64,000 nucleotides of DNA from NCBI GenBank assembly GCA_964106645.2, contig OZ067041.1, one strand, 5' to 3'. The notes beneath the pieces were generated by a model, which saw nothing but the letters and a program-made list of their open reading frames with translations, did not search any database and was not told where the DNA came from. Source of the DNA: Podarcis pityusensis (Eukaryota). How positions within the stretch are numbered: the stretch's first letter is position 1; each line of letters starts with the position of its first letter. Shown in pieces: positions 50,165 to 61,779 of the stretch. Made by a program: the position numbers and the translations under genes.

Positions 50165-53144
50165 TATCACTTTCTTTGTATGAGAGAGCGTCGCACTACA
50201 TGGCATATCAAGCCACCTTTCCTTGAGAAACTCCCTAACTTACTGACATACAGGCCCAAGTGTACAAACAATACTTTTCCCCTAAGAAACAAAGAGCTGG
50301 AACTCACCGCTCCACTCCCCAACCCATATGCTGACGCCATCTTGAAACCAAAATCACATGACACCAACTTATAGAAAGATTCAGATTGTTTCCCCCTCTC
50401 ATTGCCTTCGCTCATTAGCGGGCAGCAAGGCGGTCATGTGCTCTTCTGGGCTGCTGTTTCATACCCTCGTTTCTTTGCGAGAAGCTTCCCAAGCAGTGCT
50501 ACTTGGTGGGGACGCCATGCGGTGCAGATTCCCGCATTGCACACGGCCATGGCAGCAGCCAGAGAGCACCACCTTCACCTTCTGGCCTGCACCCGGCATC
50601 AGCCTGGCCTGCGTTGCACAGGTGCCCTCCAAGGGGCAAGTCCCGATGCATTTCTGCATCACGAGGCAGCTGGAGTGCCCCTTCCGCCCCACTGCTGTGC
50701 ATGTGTCGCTCTTTTGCTCTCGCCAACCACTCGGAGGCTGTGGCTTTTGTAAACAAGTAGCACTATCACCATCAGGAAGCTGGCCCACAGTGGCACCCAC
50801 CTGAGATGTGCCAGAACTGCATTTCAGCATGTCCCATCAGGGAAAAAAGCCCTGCCTACAAGTAATCTGTTGTTGTCCGAGCCTTTCACAGTGTCCATCC
50901 ATGATGTAGAATATTCAGTGTAGACCCTTCAAACCAATGTCTCTGGAATGAATCCTTTGTCATTTGAAGGGGTCTGCCAATACAAGTTTGGGTAGCAGAG
51001 CTTCCAAAGATCTCTTGCTGAAACCTTAAGAGCTTCAGCTAATCTAAGGGAGCAATACTGAACTAGATGAACCAGTGTAATTCAGCTGATGCAGCATGTA
51101 AAAGTTCAGTGCAGTGGGAAATCAATGCACGTGGGATACCCATCAGCATGCAGAAGTCTGCCCAGGACATTCCTTTCGTAAATGTGGGTTTCCCCACCCA
51201 CAATCCTTTCTGCAGCCCTATCCCCCACTTGCCCTCTTTATTCTCCCCATATCCCAAATCATTATTTGTTCTCTGTATCACCAAAGGTCTCTCTGAACCC
51301 TATATCAACCCCACCTCCCTCTTTCCACCTTTTCTTACTCTACTGGTTTCTCTCTCCCACTTCCTCTCTTATCTATGCTGCTTGCGGAGTTCAGTGGCAA
51401 CCACATGCAAGGTTTCGGTCTCCCAGTAATGTGAAGGAACATCAGCCATGGTGAGCTATGCATGGACTGGGGGGGGCAGCAACAGGCTGGGGGGAAATAG
51501 TACTAAGTCCACTACTCACTTCCGTGGTGAGGAAGAACAATGGAGAAGGTGGTGTTCTCCCATGCACACTCTGAAGAACTGAGATTCCCACAAAGTGGTG
51601 GGAAAGGACTACATATTATGAATTCAGGAGGCCACAAATGGTCCTGTTGGAAGTTGCAGTTGGTCCACAGGTCTTGCCTTTTGCAGGGCTGTTCCAGACA
51701 GCATCAAACAATAGATATTCACTGGGCGAGGAAAAAAGGGGAGATTTAAATTTGATTTACTTATCAATAGTCTGGCAAATCATCTTGTTCTTTCTAAGAT
51801 CAGGTAAATCTGTGGCTTGGGAACTAATTCCCAACATTCCACTTTCACATAATCATAATAATCATAGAAAGCTTTGAAAAGAATGAATGGTATATAATAT
51901 ATTCCATAGTGGAATACAAGGTTCGTATTTGCACAAAATATTCATGAATGTTGCCAAATAAACTCATATTTAGTGAGAATGTGCCAACCATGAGATTGTT
52001 TTGTCTTATAAATCACAAACGGTCCCCAAACAGAAGCAAAGTCAGATGGGTCCACATCATCCCTAGTGACGCGTATTTTATGAGTCAGTTTTTCAGAAAT
52101 GGCAACGAACATGACTTTTTAAAACCATAGGTCCATAGATCTTAGCTATTACCATTGCAAATTATGATTGCAGCAAGCCAGGAAAAAGAAAAGGTAATCT
52201 CTGTGTGGTGGGGGGGGGGAGGGCAGCTGATGAGCCAGTAGAATAGTGTGACATCTGAACTGAATTGTTAGCATGGTTAACACAATGGGTGAAAACCTCA
52301 AGACGTATACTCCAGAGTAGTGGAAATCTGCACACACCATTTGTGTGATATGTTAATCACTGTACAGTCCTTGTCGTAACTAACTAATAAATGTTCCAGG
52401 TTCTTCTAACACAACAGTAGCACTGATGCTTAACTCTTGTTGAGAAATATAGTGTAAGAACGCAAGCTGGGTTATAGACACTTTAAGAGCCATTGCTAGG
52501 TTAGAGTTGTGGCATTTTCCAATTCCAAATAGAGACATAATAATCTCATAATATTACACTCCCAAACAATGTCTTGCTGTCTTGCCTTTATAGCCTTGCT
52601 CTTAATAGATATGCACATGCACGAACAAGAAAATACATCTACATATTTAATACTTTTGTATAAATAGGTGCATATCATTAACTGAAATTAATGCCTGTAG
52701 CCTTTTCATGTATAAAACAGTCACGGTGTAAGGTATGGTCACACTGTACATCATTTCTAAAGCTTTGCACATGCTTCACACATATTTGGAAGAAATGCCT
52801 GTGGCGATTGCTGCAGTCCTGCGAAGCTGGGCATTTGTGTTTCTAGTTCACATGGAATTATTACCTGCACAGTCACAAGGATGCTCAAGCCAGAGGATAA
52901 TCACACTGAACAAATTCAGTAGTACTGCTCCATCTGTAATTCCTGATTGGAATCCAGAATTTATTTCTCACTCCCAATTGGTTGGCCAGGGAAGAAAAAA
53001 CCTGCAGGCAAAACAACCCATCACCTGAAATGTACAGAAGAGGGAAAGAGATAGAACCTACTTGCATGAGACACAGGCCTTCGACCCGGACTTGTAATCT
53101 TAGCAACAGTTGCTGAGATCAGACTGCATCTACAGGAAGACAGA

Positions 53145-53452
53145 GAACATAGAAACCTGCCTTATACCAAGTCAGACCATTGGTCGCTCAAGCTAGGAAC
53201 TGTCTACACCAGGGTTCCCCAAACTTGCGTCTCCAGCTGTTTTTGGACTACAACTCCCATCCTCCCAAGCTAGCAGGACCAGTGCTCAGGGATCATGGGA
53301 ACTGTAGTCCAAAAATAGCTGGAGATCCAAGTTTGGGAAACCCTGGTCTCCACACTGACTGGCAGTGGCTCTTCAGGGTTTCAGATAGGAATCTTTCCCA
53401 GACCCACCTGAAGATGACAGGGATTGACTCTGAGATAGTTTGCATGAAAAAT
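53145..53452 (-). mobile_element. tRNA/CR1-tail SINE interrupted by Charlie-like MITE (53210-53345)
   Basis: MITE TIRs CAGGGTTCCCCAAACTT / AAGTTTGGGAAACCCTG; TSD GTCTACAC / GTCTCCAC; SINE halves on both sides. Confidence 0.85.
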
Positions 53453-55426
53453 CCACTAAATTAAGGTCCTTCATACACAAGTTCTGTGGAAGAGAGCCCT
53501 CTTTGGGTTCTACAAAAGAAACCTCTTAAAGAGTCTAATTCTTCTTCTTTTTGGTCCTTGCATTGCCTTTCACACCACCATTTGACATGCCCCCTTTAAA
53601 CAACAGACTTAAAACAGTTTGACATGGTCAACAGGAGCACCTGTTCATAGGTAGATTTATTTGCAGACAGGCACCCAAGCCACTGCTTCAAGCACCCCAT
53701 TTGTACTTGTATCTTTCCCCTCATTTCTGTTCTGTTCTAATATTTACATATGCAAACTTGAAGCATTCATAGATGAATTTGCTTGGGAGAAGTGCATGTT
53801 AAATCTCTCTCTCTCTCTCTCTGGCTTATCAGTTAACCACAGGGTGTATGCTTCTATGGTGTTTTGAATAAGATTACTGTATATGGTAAAAGATATGCAG
53901 GTAGCATCTAGCACTGTATTATACTTATCTGTGTTAATTTTTTCTGCTTTCTCAATACAGAGTATTCCTCTCTTTCTTATTTCTTCTTCTTCTGCTATAT
54001 GACCTTTTTCATGTACGAAGTATGAATTATTGTGTTGCAGTCTGTTATAGTTCTTTCACAGTCTTCTCTCTCTTTCTCTATATATAGAGAGAGTTCGCCA
54101 GAGGCAAAAGGAAGTTATAAGTTCTTTGTTTCTTTTTAATAAGTCACTTATATTACAAAACTGAAGTGAGTACCAAAGTCATTTTGAAGCAATATTTAAC
54201 CATCACTCCAAAGCCATCAAAGTGAGAAAATCAGTTAAGGCTGATGCTCTAACTTGAATTCACAGTGAAAGAAAATAAACACCAGATGCTTGGGGGGTGG
54301 ACATGATATACAGAATTAAAATTATACACACTATTACACAACAACTACTGCTGTGTTGATCCCAGAAGATGGAATGTTGACTTGCTCAAATGGAAATGAA
54401 CAAACACCAAGTATCGTAATGAAATACATAATAATGAGGGTTATCACCAAAGCATTCGCAAGGGCAAAGTTCTAGCTGAACCCAAAACAAAAGTTTATGA
54501 AATAATCACAGTATCAAAGGGGCCTGAGAAGAGGGGTGCCCTGTTCCTATTTGTAAGCACCAATGGGGTTGCTGGTGGAAGAGTACTATAACAGAAGCCA
54601 ACAGGTGACAGCTCACTTTGGAAATGCTGATACCCTACTGGGGCAGGAGAGGAAAGGGGATCAGGCGTGGGTTGTTTGGCTGTAAGTTATGGCCAACTGG
54701 ACCGTCTCTCCACCTGTTCCTCCACCAGCATCCCATCATACTAAACTGTTCTCGAAGAGTAGATAAGAAAATAATTTAAAATACAATATGCGCAGTAAGT
54801 TGCAATACCATTACCAATTCAGTGATTACAGTTTATTCAAAATAGTCATTTCCCCAAAGGGAAGAAAATGACTGTCTAAATGGCTTGGATAATAAGACTA
54901 TGATTCCATAAATTTACAGCTACTGAACTCACCTGCCCTCTGAGGTGGGAGAGATCTTTCACTTTATGTTGGGACCTGTTCCAGGTTCTCTGCTATGTGC
55001 AGAAAAGAGACTGGAAGGGTCAGTCTCTTACTTCATCCTGTAGTCCAGTGACCCTTGGAAACAGTGAGAATCTCTGTTGATGCTTCTATGTGTCTCCCAA
55101 AGCAGACAGGAAGTGAGACTGAAGCCTCCTTGTTATCCTCCACTCCCCTGTCCTCTGCGGATACCAAAGAGTTAGAAGAAAGGCAGGATTTGTGTCTCAC
55201 ACCCAGCGTAAAGGGACAGAACACTCCCATGTCCACATTCTCTGCAGTGCTTGAGAGAACTCGGGGAAGGGGAGAGGTTTCTGACTTTGAGATGGCACAT
55301 AGGAGCAGCGATTCTCAGAAAGAGTGATGTGGTTGCCACCGGTCATTTGGCAGCTACATTTGTAGACCCCTGCCATATCGCTAATTCTCTACTGTACTCT
55401 AAATGCATGTATAGTACAATCTTATA

Positions 55427-55807
55427 GGGACGCGGGTGGCGCTGTGGTCTAAACCACTGAGCCTCTTGGGCTTGCCGATCAGAAGGTTGGCGGTTCAAAT
55501 CCCTGCGACCGGATGAGCTCCCATTGCTCTTTCTCAGCTCCTGCCAACCTAGCAGTTCGAAAGCACACCAGTGCAAGCAGATAAGTAGGTACCACTGTGG
55601 CAGGAAGGTAAATGGCGTTTCTGTGCACTCTGGTTTCCGTCACAGTGCTCTGTTGCACCAGAAGCGGTTTAACCATGCTGCCCATAACTCGGAAAGCCGT
55701 CTGTGGACAAATACCAGCTCCCTCGGCCTGAAAGCAAGATGAGCACCGCAGCCCCATAGTCGCCTTTGACTGGGCTTAACCGTCCAGGGGTCCTTTACCT
55801 TTTACCT
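55427..55807 (+). mobile_element. Full-length Sauria SINE (subfamily 'B')
   Basis: GGGACGCGGGTGGCGCTGTGGTCTAAACC head; ACCTTT tail; 12-bp TSD TACAATCTTATA. Confidence 0.96.
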
Positions 55808-56498
55808 TACAATCTTATACATTGTACTTTCCTACTGAGTTTTACTCATCTTCCATAAGGTTTTTTCCCCAGATTGCAGCTCTTAGAGTGGCTTTACAAG
55901 AATAAACCTTTAAAATACCAAACCCTAAAGTATGCCTGTTATACAATCCCAGCATAAGACTAACGACCTGGATAAACGAAAAGGAGTTTGCGTGCTTATC
56001 AGAAAGAAAATAACAGATACGGCATCAAGCCACATTTTGCAGGAGAGGATGGCACAAGTGAACCAGCTCTGTCTTTGGCCACTATCTGTTATGGTGGTGG
56101 CCTGACCAGAGTCTCAGAGGCCTAAGTGTTCTTGCAGCGGAATGGATGATGTTGCCTTAGGTTGGGAATAGGCATCTGTTCCAGTGTTCCTTAGTAGGTT
56201 GTTCAAAGCCTGGCTAAAATAAAATATATTTTGCAGATTTGGAAACTGCAAACATACAAGAATAGGGAAGAAATAACAAAATTTGACTAGCTTTTGCTCA
56301 CAATTTAATTTCACTGCCATCCTAAAGTTAAATCTGTCCCAGAAACATTCTCTGTGCTCTTATAAATATGTGTTTTTCTCACAATTCTTAACAGAATATT
56401 ATTTAGTGACAAAATTAATTATGTATTTGAAGGCTTCTTTAAGTCACATCACAGAGGCCCCATTCAGATTGTATGGCTTCCAGCATAGGTGCAGAATT

Positions 56499-57347
56499 AT
56501 GGCAGCTAACAGATTGAGGTTGAATCCTGACAAGACAGAAGTACTGTTTTTGGGGGACAGGAGACGGGCGGGTGTGGAGGACTCCCTGGTCCTGAATGGG
56601 GTAACTGTGCCCCTGAAGGACCAGGTGCGCAGCCTGGGAGTCATTCTGGACTCACAGCTGTCCATGGAGGCACAGGTCAATTCTGTGTCCAGAGCAGCTG
56701 TTTATCAGCTCCATCTGGTACGCAGGCTGAGACCCTACCTGCCCGCAGACTGACTCACCAGAGTGGTGCATGCTCTAGTTATCTCCCGCTTGGACTACTG
56801 CAATGCGCTCTATGTGGGGCTACCTTTGAAGGTGACCCAGAAACTACAACTAATCCAGAATGCGGCAGCTGGGAGCGGCCGCCAAGACCATATAACACCG
56901 GTCTTGAAAGACCTACACTGGCTCCCAGTACATTTCTGAGCACAATTCAAAGTGTTGGTGCTGACCTTTATAGCCCTAAACGGCCTCGGCCCAGTATACC
57001 TGAAGGAGTGTCTCCACCTCCATCGTTCTGCCCGGACACTGAGGTCCAGCGCCGAGGGCCTTCTGGCGGTTCCCTTGCTGTGAGAAGCCAAGTTACAGGG
57101 AACCAGGCAGAGGGCCTTCTCGGTAGTGGCGCCCGCCCTGTGGAACGCCCTCCCACCAGATGTCAAAGAGAAAAATAACTACCAAACTTTTAGAAGACAT
57201 CTGAAGGCAGCCCTGTTTAAGGAAGCTTTTAATGTTTAATAGGTTATTGTATTTTAGTGTTTCGTTGGAAGCCGCCCAGAGTGGCCGGGGAAACCCAGCC
57301 AGGTGGGCGGGGTATAAATAATAAATTATTATTATTATTATTATTAT
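56499..57347 (+). mobile_element. L2 LINE, 5'-truncated (young family)
   Basis: MAANRLRLNPDKTEVL...VRSLGVILDSQLSMEAQV...[14 protein letters not shown]; (TAT)n tail. Confidence 0.95.
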
Positions 57348-58575
57348 ACTTAAAAGTTCTTCCATGTAAAAAAAACAAAAAACCCACAGACCACCCCCCT
57401 ATGCCACATTCATAGAAATTAGTACACTAGGGAGAAAAACAGACAGCTTGGCAATTTTCAAGGGTTAGTCATATGCTAAAGAAATAGCATCCACACCTGC
57501 AGTCGGAACAGGTATAGTCTCAACACACCTGTATCATTTTATTGTTCTGAATATGTAGACTGGCTCTTACAATAATAGGTTATTTAAGAGAAAAGGAACA
57601 AACTAACTTTGGCAGCTGAAAAACCCTAGACCTTGATTCATAAAACCTTAATTTAATGTGTGTGTGTTTTCTATAAGCTGCCTTGGAAGAGCTTTTAGCT
57701 TTGAGAGGCGGCCAACAAATAGTTCTGAAACATTTTTAGATTTGAACTGGATTCAAAATCCATACCTGTGTGTCTATGGGATGTATACTTTCAGTTCTAC
57801 CAGGAGCTACGGGGTAGGAGAAAAGGCAAACTAATAGCTGCGGCGTATTCCAATTTACAGCTACCCCATGGCCTGTAACTTATGTTATACAACCTGAAAT
57901 CATTGAGAACTCCCCAGCACTTCACACTGCAGACTCTTCTTCGAGCTCTCTACCTTTTGCTCTTCAAGCACAGCATGTTCCAAACAGGAAGGAAGGAATA
58001 ATGCAGTTTGGCCTAAAGCTGCTCCTGTTAGGAGGTGCTTTTTCTTTGCCTGCCTACGGCTCCTTTATGTTCTTTGCTCCATTTCAAGTCAGGATTTTGA
58101 CAGAATTGTCGGAAGTAGCAGAATCTGGCTAAGACAAAGGCCACTCCTTCATCAGCCACATCAAGGTGCTAGGCACCTTGTTCCTAGCTAGATGTTTCCG
58201 AGAAGCTCAAAAACAGGTTTTAAAAACAAAGAAAGAAACCAGCATCCCTCTGGCATTGCTTGTCCTCAGCATCTGATATTGACTATTTGCTACTTTTGCC
58301 TTGCAGGCTTCATTTAAAACCCATGGCTGATAGCCACAATAAATCCATTATCCACATATTTGTTTAATACCAGGTATTAAGGATACAACCCAAAGTACAT
58401 TTACTAGGAAATGTAGGGCTGTGCACACATTACCATTTATGCTACCTCTAGTATTTGAAGCAGTGGACACACAATATTCGCCACAATCCATATCTATCCT
58501 GTAGTTTCTTGAGGAATACTGCTGTTGGATGCGTTTCCCCTCACATCAGCTTCCATCCCATTTGAAAACATATTA

Positions 58576-59750
58576 ATTCTTATTCTTATTCTTTATTGAA
58601 TTTAGATACTGCCCTATACCCAGATGTATCAGGGCGGTTCACAGAACAAAATCAATACAAATCCACAAAATTCATAATCAGAATAAAAACAACAAACCAA
58701 TAACCCTGTCAAAACCCCCCACATTTTTAAAGGGCATAGAATATTAATAAGATCAACCAAAGGCCTGGTTGAAAAGGAATGTTTTTGCCTGGCACTTAAA
58801 GGTGTATAATGAAGGCACTAGGTGAACTTACCTGAGAAGGGCATTCCATAGATGGGGAGCCACTGCAGAGAAGGCTCATTCTAGTGTTGCCACCCCCCAG
58901 ACCTCTCGAGGAGGCACACGAAGGAGGGCCTCAGAAAATGATCTCAGGGACCAGGTAGGTTCATATGAAAAGAGGCGGTCCTTGAGGTATTGCGGTCCTG
59001 AGCCATTTAAGGCTTTAAAGGTCAAAACAAGCACTGTGAATTGGGCCTGAAAACTAATTGGTAGCCAGTGCAGTCAGACCAAGATTGGTGTAATATGCTC
59101 ATGGCCACTGAATTCTGTACTAGCTGATATTTCCAAACTGTCTTCAAAGGCAGCCCTATGTATAACACATTACAGTAATCTAACCTTGAGGTTATCAGAG
59201 CATAGACAACAGTAGTTAGGCTATCCCTGTCCAGATAGGGGCGTAGCTGGGCCACCAGCTGAAGCTGATGGAAGGCACTCAGAGCCACTGAGGCCACCTG
59301 AGCCTCGAGCGACAGCAAAGGATCCAGGAGTACCTCCAAGCTACGACTCTGCTCCTTCAAAGGAAGTGTAACCCCATCAAGAGCAGGCGATCTCTCACCC
59401 ATCTGGTCTAGGGAACCACCCACTAACAGCACCTCAGTCTAATCTGGACTGAGTTTCAGTTTGCTGGCTCTCATCCAGTCCATTACCGAGGTAAGACATT
59501 GGTCCAGCACTTCCACTGTCTCATCTGCAGATGTAAAGGAGAAAGAGAGCTGAGTGTCATCAACATACTGCTGACAACGTACTCCAAACCTCCAGATAAC
59601 CCCACTCAATGGTTTCATATAGACATTAAACAATGTAGGGGATAGGACTGAGCCTTGCAGAACCCCACATTGAAGGTTCCATGGGGCAGAAAAGCATTCC
59701 CCAAGCAACACCCTCTGGGAATGAAATTCCACCGCAAAGTGGTGCCAACC
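58576..59750 (-). mobile_element. L2 LINE fragment incl. RT core (second family)
   Basis: GVLQGSVLSPTLFNVYM, QYVDDTQL, ITSRLDYCN; distinct 3' UTR and AATAAG-type tail. Confidence 0.95.
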
Positions 59751-59963
59751 ATTTAGGCAACATTCACTTCATAGGGAAGCTGAGGCAGCCCTTGCAGAAG
59801 AAAGCTTCATGAATAGGATTTGGGGGCTTACAGATGTGGTGAAACCAAACAGGTAATGCATATCAGGTGAAAGCATCCCTGCCTCCTATCTGGTGTGAAC
59901 AGTAACATGCAAATGGAACTTGAAACACAACAGGGGGGAAACAACTTTGCAGCATTGTAAGCT

Positions 59964-60378
59964 GGGATGCAGGTGGCTCTGTGGGTTAAACCACAGAGCC
60001 TAGGGCTTGCCGATCAGACGGTTGATCAGAGGTGCGTGGCGCTGTGGTCTAAACCACTGAGCCTCTTCGGCTTTCCGATCAGAAGGTCGGGGGTTCGAAT
60101 CCCCGCGACACGGTGAGCTCCCATTGCTCAGTCCCTGCTCCTGCCCACCTAGCAGTTTGAAAGCACATCAGAGTGCAAGTAGATAAATAGGTACCGCTCC
60201 GATGGGAAGGTAAACGGCGTTTCTGTGTGCTGCTCTGGTTCACCAGAAGCAGCTTAGTCATACTGGCCACATGACCCGGAAGCTGTACGCCGGCTCCCTT
60301 GGCCAATAAAGCGAGATGAGTGCCGCAACCCCAGAGTCGTCCATGACTGGACCTAATGGTCAGGGGTCCCTTTACCTT
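59964..60378 (+). mobile_element. Sauria SINE with duplicated head
   Basis: Two consecutive heads, then a full body; TSD TAAGCT. Confidence 0.93.
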
Positions 60379-61779
60379 TAAGCTGTTAATGTGTGCATAG
60401 TCATAATTGAATCAATGGGACTTACTAAGTAAAGGTGCTTGGATTTGGGCAGTAAATGACAGAGAAAACATGCTTTGTGACCTGTTTGTTCCTTTAAAAA
60501 TGAGAAAGTTTGCCAAGTTGCACAGAGACTTGATAATAAGAATATCAAACTATGTAGACAGTGATACCCAATAAGCAGAAATCCCAGTATTGAATCACAT
60601 TTGTGAAAACACACTTATTTAGCATCCTTACACTCTCTGCAAGTCTATCAGGCAGGTGTTTCCAAAATGTGCTACAATGTTTTTTGGGATTGAAGTCTCA
60701 ACAGGTAGTTTGTGTTCAGTTTAAAAGATTGTATATGAAAACAGAAAAATTACACAATTCAAAAATTGATTTTGTTAACTCTCTCAGTTAATTTGCTCTT
60801 CAGGATAATAAAGCTAATCAGGTTCACATAATTGGAAACTTACTGTAATTCTTATTTACTCTAACATGATTTACAAACCATGCTTTTACAAAGTACCATT
60901 CAGATTCTCTTAATGTGTAGTACATACATATATACACTATTCTCAAACTTCTCTTCATCCTTGTTGAAGTAACATCCCCTCAACAACTGTGTTTCACTGA
61001 CAGTTTTCTTCAAATGCTCTGACTGAGATGCTGAACCATTTTATTGGAGCCAAAAGAACCTCCCCGGATGAAGAGAGTATTGCAAAATCAGGTTCTTAAT
61101 ATCTGCAAGCATCTCCATCCCACACTCAAGATCTGTTCATAAACATCCTTCTGCCTTCCCTTCATCTCCAAACCCATTATTTGCTAAAGAGATCTGATTG
61201 GCTAAGAGGATTGGGAACATGATACCCTGCTTTTCACTGGTGCCAGTTCTAATCTGTTTCCACAGTGCAGCAAGGAATGAAGCTTACGCCCATCCCACAT
61301 CTTCAATGGACTGTGCAAAATGAGATTTGTTGCAGTCTTATTGGCAGAGGGCAAATGCCCACATCCTAGAAATGACCACAGAAACGGGCAGTAGTAGTTG
61401 GGATGCAGGTTACAGAAGGAGAAAGCTTCCGTACCTTCTGTCACTTTCAGAAAAAGGCTGCAATAGATGGACAGGGAAGTAAAGGAAAGCTTGCACTGTC
61501 ACTACCTTCATTAACCCCCATCTCCCCGCACGCTTTGAACGGATGCAGAAGGTGCAACTGCTGCAATTGTCAAGCCCGTATCTTTCACCAGCAATTAAAT
61601 CTGCTGATAAACAAGCATTTAATTTTCCAGTAACTGGTTGCCACATCTAACTTTGTCAGGTAGCCTGTAACCTTTCCTCCTTCATTCCGGGTCACATGTC
61701 CTTTTCCATTCACGTCCGAAAACTCTAATTCCAAACTACTTTTTCCTTTCGTGGTTGCTGATTTTAATTTTTTTTTTAA

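Noticed and set aside
50358-50830. Five overlapping ORFs
   Set aside because: GC-rich sequence depletes stop codons, and none resembles a known protein.
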